Assembly (NCBI GenBank): GCA_964016885.1
Contig: OZ024744.1
Span: forward strand, 38,688,001-38,752,000
Reading direction: 5' to 3'
Length of the DNA stretch: 64,000 nt
Source: Eledone cirrhosa
Taxonomy: Eukaryota
In this document: piece after piece, positions 51,330 through 64,000 of the stretch
Layout of the letters: every line of letters starts with the position of its first letter
Position numbering within the stretch: the stretch's first letter is position 1
The notes under the pieces: generated by a model
Seen by the model: only the letters and a program-made list of their open reading frames with translations
What the model was told of the DNA's origin: nothing
The model's database searches: none
Made by a program: the position numbers and the translations under genes

Positions 51330-54300
51330 AAATCGTTCTCGATAATTTGGCACAGCGGCCCAACTAATAACGTTCGAAAAGACCTGAGCCAATCTAAAAA
51401 TTCCGAACGAACTATTAACAGCAAGAGAGAACACTTGTTTACAGATGCATTTCAGCGAACAGCAGAAAGCCTGAGTTGTTTACTCAACAACAACATATTG
51501 AAGCTGCTCTGAAATGCATCGTGGCTGACGTCAATAATATAAAAAAGAGGCAGGCAATACAGCAGTGCTTTTCAAGTCGGAGGCCCTGGCTAAAAATTAC
51601 TCTGTGGTCCCGTGTAAAACGGACCAATTCCCTATGTATCCGACCTATATGGGACGAAGGACTGTGAAGATTCGCATTCCAGAGATTCCACCAGAACTCA
51701 ACCTGTATTCTGTATCGACTACTGGAATGCGTTAAGCCAGAAGAGGGCACCATCCTGAGGGCCTACAGAGCACATATGGAACAATGGTCGGGAACTGGCT
51801 TGGATAACCTTCTTCAAACAAAACCCCACATCATTCAGAAGATCCCGATTCAAGGAAAAACACTACGTTGTTTCCACTGTGGGCAGGCAGACCATTTAAG
51901 AGCCTTCTGCCCTCGGTGACAATCGGCATATAACAGAGCACCTTTGTTGCCAACACCAAGGCATCAACAACAACTGCAACAGCCAATAAGAGCACCAACA
52001 CCAAAGTCTGCAGCAACAACAGCAGTAGCAGCAACAGCAGCACCAGCAACAGCACCAGCAAAACCAACAACACCACCGTCAACGGCCACAGAACCGCCAC
52101 AACAAACAACAAAAACAACAGCTGCAAAGACCACCAAGACCACCCAGCCCCCAGCCTCCCTCTCAAAGAAGCTCTCCCGCTCCCCGCTTCTCGAACACAC
52201 ACGCACATACACTCACATTGAAACACACACACGTATACACGCGCATTGAAACACACACACCCACACACACACTCTCACTCATATCTGACACAAACGCAAC
52301 CACCTCTTCATCACTGACCGAAGATGAGGAGGAACACCAAAACATTAAAAAATTAAAAAATTAAAATCACAAGAAGAAATCTCGCACACTAACACAAACA
52401 ACAGCAAACAAAGAAGATACATTCACACCAAACACAGACACACATACTGCAACACCCACCCCTGTAACGACGCAACCTTCAACATAAACACCATTTCCAT
52501 CAACAACACTACCACTAACACAAACAACTAAAAGAAAACACACACAGCAACAACTCACAGCTACAACACTTAGCTTAAGTTAGAAAATCGAACGAAAAAT
52601 TACTGAACCTCATAACACGAAAGTAATAGAGAAATAAGGGGATACATTTAGCACCTGCTCCTTCAAAAGGCCACAAATACTTTTGCTGGTGCGGATGTCA
52701 TTAGACAATTATAAAACAACCAAGGGAGTTTCCCAAACGACGTGGGAACACCCAGTATAAAAGCCTCAAGTAGTTTTTTAAAGGGGTTCCCAAAAGAACC
52801 TCACCAACCAGACACGGAGGTCGAACTACTCGACCTCCAACAGAACCCGCCGAGTAAGTAACCCTCTCTTTCTCCTTTTTTCTGACCAACATGGGGATGT
52901 TAACAGTGGAATGCATATATGTTCGAATTCTCAGGTCGGTCTGCTCAACGACCTCAGGTCACTAACCTTTCTGGGAACGTCTCGCCTTTTAGTGTTAGCA
53001 GGTAACTGGAACGGCATCTTGGAGGCACGTTGGGATTGTGTGGGAGTAGCCGATAGAAATGGGGGTTGCAAAAGCCTCAAAAACCTGATCAGCCAGTTTA
53101 AACTGTCTGACAGATACCGACTAGATTTCCTTAATGCGCCAGCGTGAACTTGGACAAACCACTTAGGGGCATCTAGATTATACATAGATATGTTTCTAGA
53201 CCACAAGTTTGTGATCTGCATGGTCGACCTAGGTAGAACAGGCAGACAGGGACCCGGTTACTGGAAGCTTAACGCGTCGTTCCCGACACGTAAAGTCTAT
53301 AGCGACCGGATTAGCAAATTAATTAAGCTGCTGTTGACAGGGGCCATCGTCAACAACAGGTTGTGGGGCGCTCTCAAGAGAGCGATTAGAGTAGAATCCA
53401 TAACATTCAGTAAAGAAGTAGCGATAGGAAAAGATGAAACGGAGGGGAGTTAGTAACTAAATTAAATGAGGCAATTCGGAGTGGCATTGTAACCGACGTG
53501 CTAGCTGCGAGAATGGCACTGGACCATTTCTTCAATGCGAAACACGAAGGCTGCTTTGTCAGAGCTAAGGTGCGTTTTCTAAGAAACGGGGATACCAACG
53601 CTGTGGCGGAGGCGCAGCGTGGTAACAAAACCACAATTCGGTCTTTGACGGACCGAGACGGACGCGAACTGAACGATCCCAGGCATCGGTGTGAGGCTTT
53701 TTGCCAGAAATTTGATCGGCTGTTCGAAGGAGGCGGCAGGTCAGAGACGGTGGCAGATTTCAGTTCCTCTCTCGATGACCTGCCATGTCTCTCACCGGCC
53801 GATGCTGGGTGCGGAGAAGGGCCGATAACTTCGGCCGAAATTCGGAATGCTCTAGTCGGCTGCGTGAGGCGCAAGTCACCCGGTTTGGATGGTCTGCCCT
53901 ACGAGCTTTACGTAAATATGCCAGACTTGTTCTCCGATCTCCTCGAAGCGCTCTGTTGCAACTGGTAGCAGAACGGGAGTATTCTCAGTTCTGTGAGCCG
54001 GGGCGTAGTGACGCTGATGAGGAAAGACGATAACAAGAGGGATACGTTAGTCAACTTCAAGCCCATGACGCTGTTCATCACAGAGTTTAAGATTTTGGCC
54101 AAGGTATTAGCGAAGATATTGACGCTTGTCGTCGAGGATTTGGTTGGAGAGTCGCAAACTTGCGCGATCCCGACCAGGTCCATACAACCTCATGGGATAC
54201 ATCGTAGAGATGGCAGGCTGTAAACCTGGCTTCGGTGGAGCTCTGATCAATTTAGATCAATCGAAAGCTTTCCATAATCGACCATCGATATTGTAGGCTA

Positions 54301-56058
54301 TCCTCAAGGCGGCTGGCTTCGGTCCCGTCTTCTGAGGCTGGATCGCTGCAATGTACAGCGGCATCTGCTCGGTGGCCAAAGTTAATAGCCACCTTTCTGG
54401 ACCGATTCAGATCTCCCGATCGGTCCGTCAAGGATGCCCTCTCTCCTCTCTTCTGTACGTATTGACTCTGCAGCCTTTACTACGAAAGCTGGAGCTGTTG
54501 CAGGGCATCCCACTCGAACCGGGACACGGAAGGGGTGTGTCAGCTTATGGATGAATATGAAAAGTTGACAGGAGCGAAACTATCCCTGGAAAACCCGGTG
54601 GGCTTGCAGCTGAAGAGGCAAGTCTATGTCGTCCAGTAGCGTCGTAGGGCGTTAGACAGACAGACCGGTAAAGTTTTTCGGGGTTTTGTTTCGTACCAGA
54701 CCTCTAGGTGGTTAAGAATTGAGATGAGGTAACGATCAGGGTAGCCACTCTCACTCAGAAGTGGGCCAAGAAGAAACATTCCCTGAAAGTTAGGGCGGGG
54801 GTAGCGAATGCGTACATCGCGACCGTCATCTACTACCACTTGACCATCAATGCCCCCGCTGGGCAAATTGGAGCAGCTCCTCTTCAACTTCTTGTGGAGG
54901 GGACAGGTTCCGTTGATGAGGCGGTCCATCTGCTACCAGCACCATTTCGCGGAGGGCTGGGCATGCCGTGGTTAATGATGTACAAACATGCCCCGAGGCT
55001 ACGGCATCTCCAGATATTCTGCCTTAACGGTGAACAGGTGTGGTCACCGTTTGTCAGACGGACCTTTCTTCAGCTCCGGATAGGACTGAGCTGGGTCAAG
55101 AAGATACCGATACTAGGTGACTGGCATCTGGAATATTACCAAGCGCTCACTGTTCTCTACCAGGTGGGCAATGAGGTCAGTGGAACTTCCACTCAAGAGT
55201 TCTATGAAGGATTAGTGGTGGGCAAGTGCGACGACACTCTCGGAGAGATTCTAGAGAACAAAGTAGCCAGTCTTTTCCGGAGGACTTTCGAGCCGGGGAC
55301 AATGAACAATTTTCAGAAATCCCTTGCTTAGTAGTGCTACCTGAGAGCCCTGCCAGTTCGAGATAAACTATATAGGCACGGTATTGCTGTCAGATGGAGC
55401 TGCATACAGAACGACGAAACCATTTTGCACGCACTCGTCCAGTGCCTGTGCATTGCTGATTTATGGAGTTTTATCGAACAGCTGTTATTGCGTGTGGGAC
55501 CAATGCGGCTATCGACCAAGTCCATAGTGAAGATCACCCCGCCGCCTTCTTTTGGTCGGGAAGGGCAGGCAATTTTCCTCTGTCTTATAGCTTAGCGAAA
55601 GAGGTTGTGTGGTGGACGCGACTGAAAGGTCTGAAAACAGAAACTTTCCTCTTCGGCCAAGACCTCATCAGCTTTTTCAAGTCCCACTCGAAAAGGAAGA
55701 TAATGGTGGAGAAAGAAATGCTTCCCCACCAGATCATTTTTTAAAAGGTGGGTGATTACTGCGAGGATGGCCCATGTGAATGAGCCATCCTACGCCTATA
55801 GGCTGGAAGGATGGAGGGAGAGAGGGGCACCCTCCTAAGGTGCTCTTGGAGATGAGGGAGATGAGGGTGGGTTGGGATTTGTGGGGTTCCTAACGTCATC
55901 CCTATGCCCCTCTATTAGAGAATTCTGTTAATATGTTAATTGTTTTTGTTTATAATTTTTACTCGAATATATGTAAACCTCCACTGTCCCCTGTCTTTGT
56001 ATTATCCTCTATCTTCGGCCCTTGTGGCCAATGATAAAGAAATTATTATTATTATTAT
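51330..56058 (+). mobile_element. Decayed Tx1/L1-type LINE (ORF1 remnant + APE-RT ORF2 remnant), (ATT)n tail
   Basis: Zinc knuckle CFHCGQADHLRAFC at 51869-51910; LVLAGNWN, DHK, GPGYWKLN, KSPGLDG, VRQGCPLS, GGLGMP. Many disablements. Confidence 0.85.
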
Positions 56059-56084
56059 TGTTGTGATCGTGGGAAACTCCACTT

Positions 56085-56545
56085 TCGGGCCGTGGCCTAT
56101 GGACAACTTCCAGAAATCCCTGGCCGAGCACTTACCTCTTCGGTGATGCCCTGATTGACTTTTTCAAATTTCATTTGAAAAGGAAAATCAGAGTAGAGAG
56201 GGAAGTGCTCTCTTCCCAGCATTTTGTTGAAAGATGGGTGAGAGAGCAAGAATGGCCCGAGTGAATGAGCCTACTCTGAGTATGTGTCTGTAAATTAAAG
56301 GTGGAAAACTGGGAGAGGGCACTTGCCCTGGTGGTCAGGGTCACTGTGGCTTTTTAATGGGCTTTCTCCACGAATTTCCCTCGGAAGTCTCCCCCCTGTT
56401 GGGGAATTTTTCATTATTTTTTGTTACATCCTCTGATTTTGTTTTGTACACGCAGAAATGCCTATTTATACCGTCCTGTATTGCCCTGTACTGTCCTTAA
56501 TGACTACTTTATGTAAACCCTTGCGGTTAATAAAGAAAGCATTAT
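56085..56545 (+). mobile_element. Additional Tx1-type 3' fragment
   Basis: FGPWPMDNFQKSLA matches 13120-13160. 3' UTR with aataaagaaa before (ATT/GTT)n. Confidence 0.7.
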
Positions 56546-56619
56546 TATTATTGTTGTTGTTGTTGCTGTTGTTGTTGTTGTTGTTATTATTATTATTATT
56601 ATTATTATTGTTGTTATTC

Positions 56620-59600
56620 CTTGAATCTCAGTCATTGCTGTTGGTTAACTGGAAAGTCCGTTGGAATGAATATCAAGCCACTACCTGCAGCCTCAGATAT
56701 TCAGGACGTATCGGAGGGTTCTTGTTGTTCCCAGCAAGCATGCCTTTTGAAGCGTTCCAAAAAGCGTGAAGGGGCCGATTTTCTTTAACCATCCCTGGAA
56801 ACTTTTGGAGATTGTCCCCAGTGCGCCTATGACAATCGGGATCACTTTGACTTCATGGCAGTTCCAAATCCTTTTCACCTCCCACTTTAGGTCCTGGTAT
56901 CGGTTAATTTTCTCCCTCTCCCTCTCCTGCACTCTCGTGTCGATAGGGCAGGCTACATCCACAATCAGACACGATCTTTTTTCTTTGTCCACAACCACCA
57001 GGTCAGGTCTATTGTGTTCCAGTTTTTTGTCCGTCTGTATCCTAAAATCCCACAGCACCTTCACCTGATTGTTCTCCATCACCGCCTCTGGCCTATGCTC
57101 ATACCATTTCTCAGAATGTGGTAAATTGTTTACTTTGCACAGGTGCCAGTGGATCACCCTGCCCATCACATCGTGTCTCCAGCCCTTATAGTGGGTCTGG
57201 GCTAGGTGTTTACACTCGGACACAATGTGAGCCACAGTCTCCTCTCTCTCTCCACAGATCCTGCACAGTGGGCTAGCCTCTTCCTTGTAAATATGGTGCT
57301 TCAACCACTTCGTTTTGAGGGCCTGCTCCTGCGCAGCCATTAGCATTCCTTCTGTAGCCTTTTTGAGGTCTCCTCTTCTCAACCAGTTCCATGTCTGTGG
57401 ATCTCTAAATTCAGTTTTCTCAAAGAAGGTACTATGAAGGGATTTTCCCTTAAGGCTGCTCTTCCTCCTTGATGTTATTTCCTCCTTGGACATCCCCTGG
57501 CCTACTGTCCCCTCCTTCAGTACAGTTCTGAGCATTGGCTCCTTACTATAGGTCACGTATTTGTATAGGTTGTTTTTCTCCATCTGAACACAGTCCTCTA
57601 TGCTGATAAGACCTCTTCCACCCTCAGATCTCCTTAGGTAGAGTCTATCGACATCACTCCTCTTGTGGAACATGTTGTAGATAGTCAATAGCTTCCTAGT
57701 CTTCCTATCCATTTCTTTTTGTTCAGCAACATTCCATCTCAGAATTCCCGCACTGTACCTAATAATAGACACAGCTCGGGAATTTACTGCGCTTATGGCA
57801 TTTCTGCTGTTCAGATGTGACTTCAATACGCTCCTTACTCTCCGAATGTATTCAGTTCTTAACAATTCCTTCATTTTTTTGTTCTTTATGCCATCAGCCT
57901 CCAGAACGCCCAAATACTTGTATCCTTCCTCAGAGTCAATTTCCTTTATCATCTCACCTGTTGGTATCTGGATCCCGTTACTTCTGCTCAACCTACCCCT
58001 CCTCATCACAATGACTCCACATTTACTAATACCAAACTGCATACATATATCATGCTGAAAATACGGACAGTGTCAACAAGCACATCCAACTCCTTCTCAC
58101 TTTTCCCGAAGAGCTTAAGATCGTCCATGAAGAGGAGGTGATTGATGGTAAGCTCTCCCTTTCCCAACTTGTATCCTGCTCTCACTTTTCGCAGCATAAT
58201 GGTCAAGGGCATCAGGGCAAGGACAAACAACAGAGGGGACAGGCTATCTCCCTGGAAGATACCTCTCTTGATCTTCACGCTTCCCAAGGATACTCCAGTT
58301 GATGTCAACTCTGTCTCCCAGGACCCCATACTCCTGCCCAGCAACTGTCTGATGTTATCTGCCACCCTGAAGATCTCCAGGCTTTTGGTGATCCAAGAAT
58401 GAGGCACCATGTCAAATGCCTTTCTGTAGTCTATCCATCCCATGGCAAGATCAGTGTGTCTCCTCCTGCAATTCCCCATTGCCATCTTATCAATAAGTAA
58501 CTGGTCCTTTGTACCACGTGACTTCTTTCGGCATCCTTTCTGTTCGTCCGGTAACAAGTTGTTTGTGTGGAGGTGATGGTAGATTTCCTCAGACACAATG
58601 CTCGTCAACAGTTTCCACATTACGGACAGACATGTGATAGGTCTATAGTTGGTAACATCATTACCCTTGATTCGGTCTTTCATTATCAGAACTGTGGTAC
58701 CTTTTGTCAACCACTCTGGCACCTCACCCGACACCAAGCAGTCATTGAACATGGCCGTCAGCTTCGGGTGGAGGGATGTTAAATGTTTAATCCAATACCC
58801 CTGCACACCATCTGGGCCTGGTGATTTCCAGTTGGTTAGTTTTTTGGCCTGCCCCTTAAGAGTTTCAACTGTGATACTCAAATCAGTTTGTTGTTGTACC
58901 TGCTCACCGATCTCCCTCTGTACTGTCTCAATCCACCCTGCCTGGGCATTGTGTCTAACATCCTGCTCCCATATTCCTCTCCAGAATGTTTTAGTTTGCT
59001 CCGCCCCAGGGATCAAGTCGTTGCCTCTTTCTTTCCCCTCAAGCTGTCCAAACAGCATCTTCTGGTTGTTGTCGAACATGCGGTTCTGTTTATACTGACT
59101 GACTCTGTTCTCGTATCGCCTGATTTTTGCACTCTTTGCTACAATGCGTTGCTTCAGTTCCTCTATGATAATATTTAGCTTTTTCCTCCTAGTTTTGTAT
59201 TTTATTTCCAGTCTATTTTTAGTGCCTATGTTTTTTAGTGTCCCATTCAGTAGTGACTCAAGCTTTCCTATGTCATTTCTCATTTCCCCGATTTGCCCAC
59301 TCAGTCGCTTCTTCCACCACGGCTCTGCTCTTTCTTGTCTGCTGTTTCCTCTCGCTTTTATACCAAGTAGTTTCCTCACCGTATTTGCTGTTGCTTTGAG
59401 GATATTGTTGCACTGGTGAAGGCTCCTCGCCTCAAGGTATGGGATGACTTTGTTTACCTTAGCTGTTGTTTCTTTTAACTTTTTCCTGTCTACAAATCTT
59501 AGGTTCATAGGTCTCCCACTATCATTGTTCAATTCATCTACCACTAAATTTAGGATGTCAACCGAATCTTGTCCTAGCCCGTCAGCATTCATCTCCTCAG

Positions 59601-60215
59601 TGGCCGTATCTCTGTTCCAGGTATTATTTATCTCAGTATTCAGATCATTGTCTGCTTCGGGTGGTTCCTCCGTTCTCAGGACCTCTTCACCTTCATTTCC
59701 CACTGGCTCGCTTGTCTGGCATACTACACCCGCCATCTCCAAGCCATTCTCTCTGCTCAGTTCCTCCAGTTCCAGCTCGCTTATCCATCCATTAGTTCTT
59801 ATTACCCGGGCCTGCCCGGCCAATTTTTGTTCATCTAATTTAAATAAACCAATCTCGTTCCAGATGTTATGCATCCGTCTCCTGTAGCCCCTCTCCTTGG
59901 GGTTACTTTTCAGGTAACATTGCATAACAGTTCTATTCAATTCTTTCGTCCAGTTGGTTCTGGCCCCTTTCCTTCTTCTCCTTCCTCCAACATCAGCAGT
60001 ATTTGGTTGACAGTCAGGTTCCTGCTGCTGAGCCAGGGGGCACCTGTTGGGTGAGAGTCTGTCACATGACGTTCTAGTCTCCATTTCACCGTTATTCGAA
60101 CTGTTTATGTTCGATATTTAAACACTCTTATCGAGGATTGGCGAATGTATGGTTACATATCCATCTGTGGATCCGCCATTCCACTTGGCCCTTGTGTGGC
60201 ATTATCACCACGCTG
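56620..60215 (-). mobile_element. Near full-length R4/Dong-type non-LTR retrotransposon ending in a (TAA/CAA)n tract
   Basis: Single long ORF, short UTRs. The 3' end runs into 56541-56617. Confidence 0.9.
56693..60084 (-). pseudogene. RT + CCHC + restriction-like endonuclease polyprotein (~1130 aa) with one apparent 1-nt frameshift near 58050
   Basis: ORF 58006-60084: NYRPITCL, IDYRKAFD, GIFQGDSLSP, LFMDD. ORF 56693-58042: YKYLG, GGRGL, CRICGEREETVAHIVSEC, RHD, RPDLVV...DVACP...K. Confidence 0.9.
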
Positions 60216-61161
60216 TATACGAACACACATAAACAAACAAACACACAGGCAGAAAGGGCCCCAAAAATGAATAAGCATAAGTTTCATTGTAATGTAGTGT
60301 TCGAATGTCTGACTTAGTTTTTTTTTTTTTATTTCTAGTTCCCCCCCCCCCCCCTCTTCTCTGTCCGTCCGCCTGCTTCTCTCTTCATTCTTATTTTCTT
60401 TACGTTTTGGGGGTTTCTTTTTTTGTTTTTGTTTTTCTCTGTTTGTTTTTCTCGTTTTTGCTGTTGTTGCTGTGCTGCTTTGGTTTTGTTGTTTGTTTTT
60501 TCTTTTTTCTTTTGAGTCTATCTATATATTTTGATGCCTTCCTCTTTGTTAGTAGTAGGAATTCTATAATGTGGAAGTAGCGGCCAGCAGGGAGAAGTGG
60601 GAGACTGGCGGCGATAGCGATACTGAGACAGTGGTGGTGGTGATGTCGATACCGAGGCAGTGGTGGCGGTGATGTGACCGTATTACTGTAGTGATGGTGC
60701 TGTAGCGGTGGCAGCAGTGAAGGAGTGAAGGGGTGGTGGCGGCGGTGATGGGATAATGGTGGTAATGATGGCCGCAGTGAGCGGTTGAAAATGCCGTTAT
60801 CTGGCTGTTGTGTTTAGTGTACACAGATGATGGGGTGGGTGGTGTATCTAGTTTCTGGTGTTGGTGAGTTTGGCTGTCCTATATAGTGTAGACAGAGGAG
60901 AGGAGGGGGGGGGGGGGGGTTCTTCTTCCATTTATAGCCATTTTCTTTTTTGGATATACAGTGTACAATACAAAGTTGAATATTTGAATATTTGAGCCTT
61001 ATAACAATATATTTTGGGTCCGAATTTTTTGGGGCTCAAGCCGGGTGCTTTACGTAGCATTTGTACTAAGAGTTGTTATTTCACAAATGATTTAAATATG
61101 TTAAAAATTCAAAACTTACGGGAGCGATTTCATGACCTCCGTCACCTCGTGCGTCTTCATT

Positions 61162-61192
<31 letters not shown>

Positions 61193-61412
61193 TTGAATGC
61201 TATGGTCGACGGAGGCTCGGCTCTGTAAGGTATTGTAAATTTTAACCGCTATAACAATTGTAAATTGTTTAAAACTTTAACCAAATTGGAGACAAAAACA
61301 CCCTCCTCCTCCCCGTGAGAGGGGTCTTTCTGTCCGTTATTTGGCCCTTTGGGGTTAAATAACCGCTTATTGGGGTTTTGTGCCCAATATTTATTTTAAA
61401 CAAAAAAGAAAC

Positions 61413-63532
61413 ATGGCTACGAAAAAGAATTTTCATAGGTCACTCCCACTCATTTCGTCTTCTTCTTCCTCAATCGTCACTACAGCAGAGAGAAGATTGT
61501 TTCTCTCCCTCCCTTCTCTAAATGTGTCTCTCTCCCTCCCTTCTCTTTCGCAAGCGACGACAGAAAAGAAAAATCTCGTGCAAAGCGTGCAAGATTTCTC
61601 CACGACGACGACGACAACGACGAAACAGGTGTGCGGGAAATACGAAAACCCATTTCATTCGTCTGACGTCAGGAATAATAGCAGTAGCAGCCGTAATAAC
61701 AGCAGCAACAGTGACAAGGAAAAGAGCAGTAGCAGCCGCAACAGCATCAGCAGCAGCATAAACAACAACAGCATTAGCATCAACAACAACAGCAGCAGCA
61801 GCAACAACAACAACAACCACAGCAACAGAGGCGGCGGCAGTAGTCGTAGTACCTGCAGCAACAACAAAAGTAACAGCAGCTCTGACGAGTACAACAACAA
61901 CAACAGCAGCAAAGAAAAACCAATCTCGTTTGCAGGTAACGCAAAGAACCTGGAAACCATCCTCATAACAAATGAGGAATTAGAGGAAGCGAAGAAGATG
62001 GTGACAAAAACTGGACACCGAGCAATCTGCAAGGCAGCGGAAAAATTTTTCGAAACCCAACAGCACTGTACGATCACGTATCGTACAGTAAGTACAAAAT
62101 CCCGTAGGGTTGAAAGAGCCACAGAGGTTCAAATAAAAAAAGCCTTGGGTTCTGTGTGGCAGCGGAAAACGCACATCACCCGAGGCAAGAAATATGCCAC
62201 CGTAGACGTACTTTTTGCCACACCCCAGGAGGCAAAGGCTCAATCCTTAGTGACCCTAAGGAGCGAGGAAATGGGGTTGGTGCCCTCCTACTGCGGGCAA
62301 AAAATTGTGAGGGTCAAACTGACCCACGTCCCGTCCCCCCCCGGGATGGCCCCTTCTTGGCTGGCCGCGTCTGTCCTCGTCGGAATCGAGGACAAAACAC
62401 TGTACTGCAAGCACAGAAAAAAGTAAGAGAAGATTGGGTCGGCACCTCCATTGAGATGTTAATCCAAACCAACCAGGAGTGCATCGAAGCTATCCCGGAT
62501 GTGATAGACTTCGATAACGGCACTCAACTGCCCATAAGTGTTGAGGGCAAACGCCCGAAATGCTTTCGCTGTGGATCGAAGACTCACCTCAGGGCCTTCG
62601 GCAACGAGAAGACCCTGAGAAGGGAGAAACCCCCCCCCCCTCCTTCCGAAACCGGCTCCACGGCTACCAGCAACAGGACAAGCGGCAACCAGGAACGATA
62701 GGTCCGTGGCACCCATACCCACGCCACGGAAATCAAAAACAGCAGCAGCAGTGGAAGTATTAACAACAACAACAGCAATAACAAATGCATCTGCAACAGA
62801 GACTCCAGTGCAAACATCACCAACAACAACAAGTGAAAGAGGGGAGCTGGTACACCTCCCCGACCTCACAGAATCAGACATGGAGTGTGAGGTGGGAGAG
62901 GGATGGCAAAAGGTCGTAAGAAGGCACAAACGCAGAAGCAGCGCACCGTGGCCTTTGAAAAGGGAGGAAAGAAATGAAAAAAGGGTAAAGGCTACTGCAA
63001 AGAGACTCACAGCAGCAACACCACCAACACCATTACCACCCACACTAGCACCACCATTACCACCGGCGACAACCCCACCGCCAACAACACCTTCAACACC
63101 ACCACCACAAGCACCAACATCGCAAACACAACAACAAAACACACACACCCAGCAACAACGACAAGAAAATAGCAGAACCACACCCCACCCCCAGAAAAAC
63201 AAATGCACGGCAATAAGAAACTAATGACTTACATAATTGAACACACAGACATTTCACAACACGACTACATAATACCAGCACCAATCAAAACGCCAACTAA
63301 CATAAGACTGCTAAAAATAGCACAGAAGCAATACACAAACATTAAAACGAAATTCCCCAACGCAGTTGGTGATTTCAGAGACCTAGGAGGAACTATCAAC
63401 CGAAGAGTATATTCGGACATACTCATAGAAGAGCCGACGACCAGCCGAAGGGACGATTCAACGGTCCCTTCACCAGACGATCAAGTGAAAAGGGATGGAA
63501 AAACCATCCGTCCTCTACGAAAAGTACGGTAA
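61413..63532 (+). pseudogene. Tx1-type ORF1, frameshifted, with Ser/Asn- and Thr/Pro-rich low-complexity tracts
   Basis: Pieces 61380-62426, 62156-62701, 62706-63224 and 63203-63532. Degenerate knuckle EGKRPKCFRCGSKTHLRAF, compared with the intact knuckle at 51869. Confidence 0.65.
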
Positions 63533-63567
63533 GTGGTCTTTCCCATCTTTTCCACTCTATTTTAAAC

Positions 63568-64000
63568 ATGACCTCACTCAGAATAGGCAGCTTAAATGCG
63601 CGTGGCTTGGGGTCGTCATAGAAGCAGGGCCACCTGCTCAACGACATCAGATCACTAAACATAGATGTAGTGGCCATCACCGAGACCAGAATCTCCGAAG
63701 CACGGGCCTTCGCACCGATCTTCGGCGGCTACAATGTATACGCATCTCCCAGGCATCCTGGATCGGGGGTAGGAGTTGCTGTGCTTTTTCGGAGAGGTTT
63801 GGATCTCGCCATACGGGCCATCTTCCTGGACCCAGAAGGTAAGTTGGTGGTGCTGGACGTGACCAGCGGAGACGGGCAAGCTTTCAAGCTAGTGGCCGTC
63901 TATGCCCCGACAGGAGCAGGGCGGCCTGATTTCTCCCGGCGTCTGGAGACCTTTCTTGAAACGTCCCGCTCTTTAGTGTTAGTGGGCGACTGGAACGGGA
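63568..64000 (+). pseudogene. Tx1-type ORF2 AP-endonuclease N-terminus (in-frame TAG at 63619)
   Basis: MTSLRIGSLNARGLGSS*KQGHLLNDIRSLNIDVVAITET...GVAVL...VAVYAP...LVLVGDWN are APE motifs. Missed by the ORF track. Confidence 0.85.

Larger units (their letters stand above)
61200..64000 (+). mobile_element. 5' part of a Tx1/L1-type LINE running off the window
   Basis: Begins after (ATT)n. ORF1 and the start of ORF2 are present. Confidence 0.85.

Noticed and set aside
60085-60215. HDV-like ribozyme in the Dong 5' UTR
   Set aside because: A hairpin is present (ggcggat...attcgcc on minus), but I could not assemble the nested double pseudoknot by eye; needs an RNArobo/Infernal search.

Overview
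AT-rich, microsatellite-dense animal genomic DNA made almost entirely of transposable elements. The SINE types and (TA)n/(CA)n/(CATA)n load suggest a cephalopod such as Octopus; this is inference. No host protein-coding gene is firmly supported, and most ORF-track entries are microsatellite translations. The left two-thirds (0-40 kb) is a nest of Penelope-like elements (PLEs; RT + C-terminal GIY-YIG) and non-autonomous hammerhead-ribozyme (HHR) relatives. Most larger ones are built as inverted pairs whose two 3' ends run out into (TA)n. The standout is a 2.9-kb palindromic array (3058-5940) of apparently identical 310-bp units, each with a minimal type-I hammerhead: a retrozyme-like element predicted to yield a structured 310-nt, possibly circular, RNA. 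A near-intact PLE (ORF 33764-35713) carries a hammerhead with a compensatory U3-A8 core in its terminal repeat. The right third (45-64 kb) is a cluster of microsatellite-associated non-LTR retrotransposons: R4/Dong-type RLE LINEs (one near full length), Tx1/L1-type APE LINEs and RTE-like 3' ends. hAT-type MITEs, a foldback element and many SINE copies are scattered throughout. All structures were read by eye; nothing was computed or searched.
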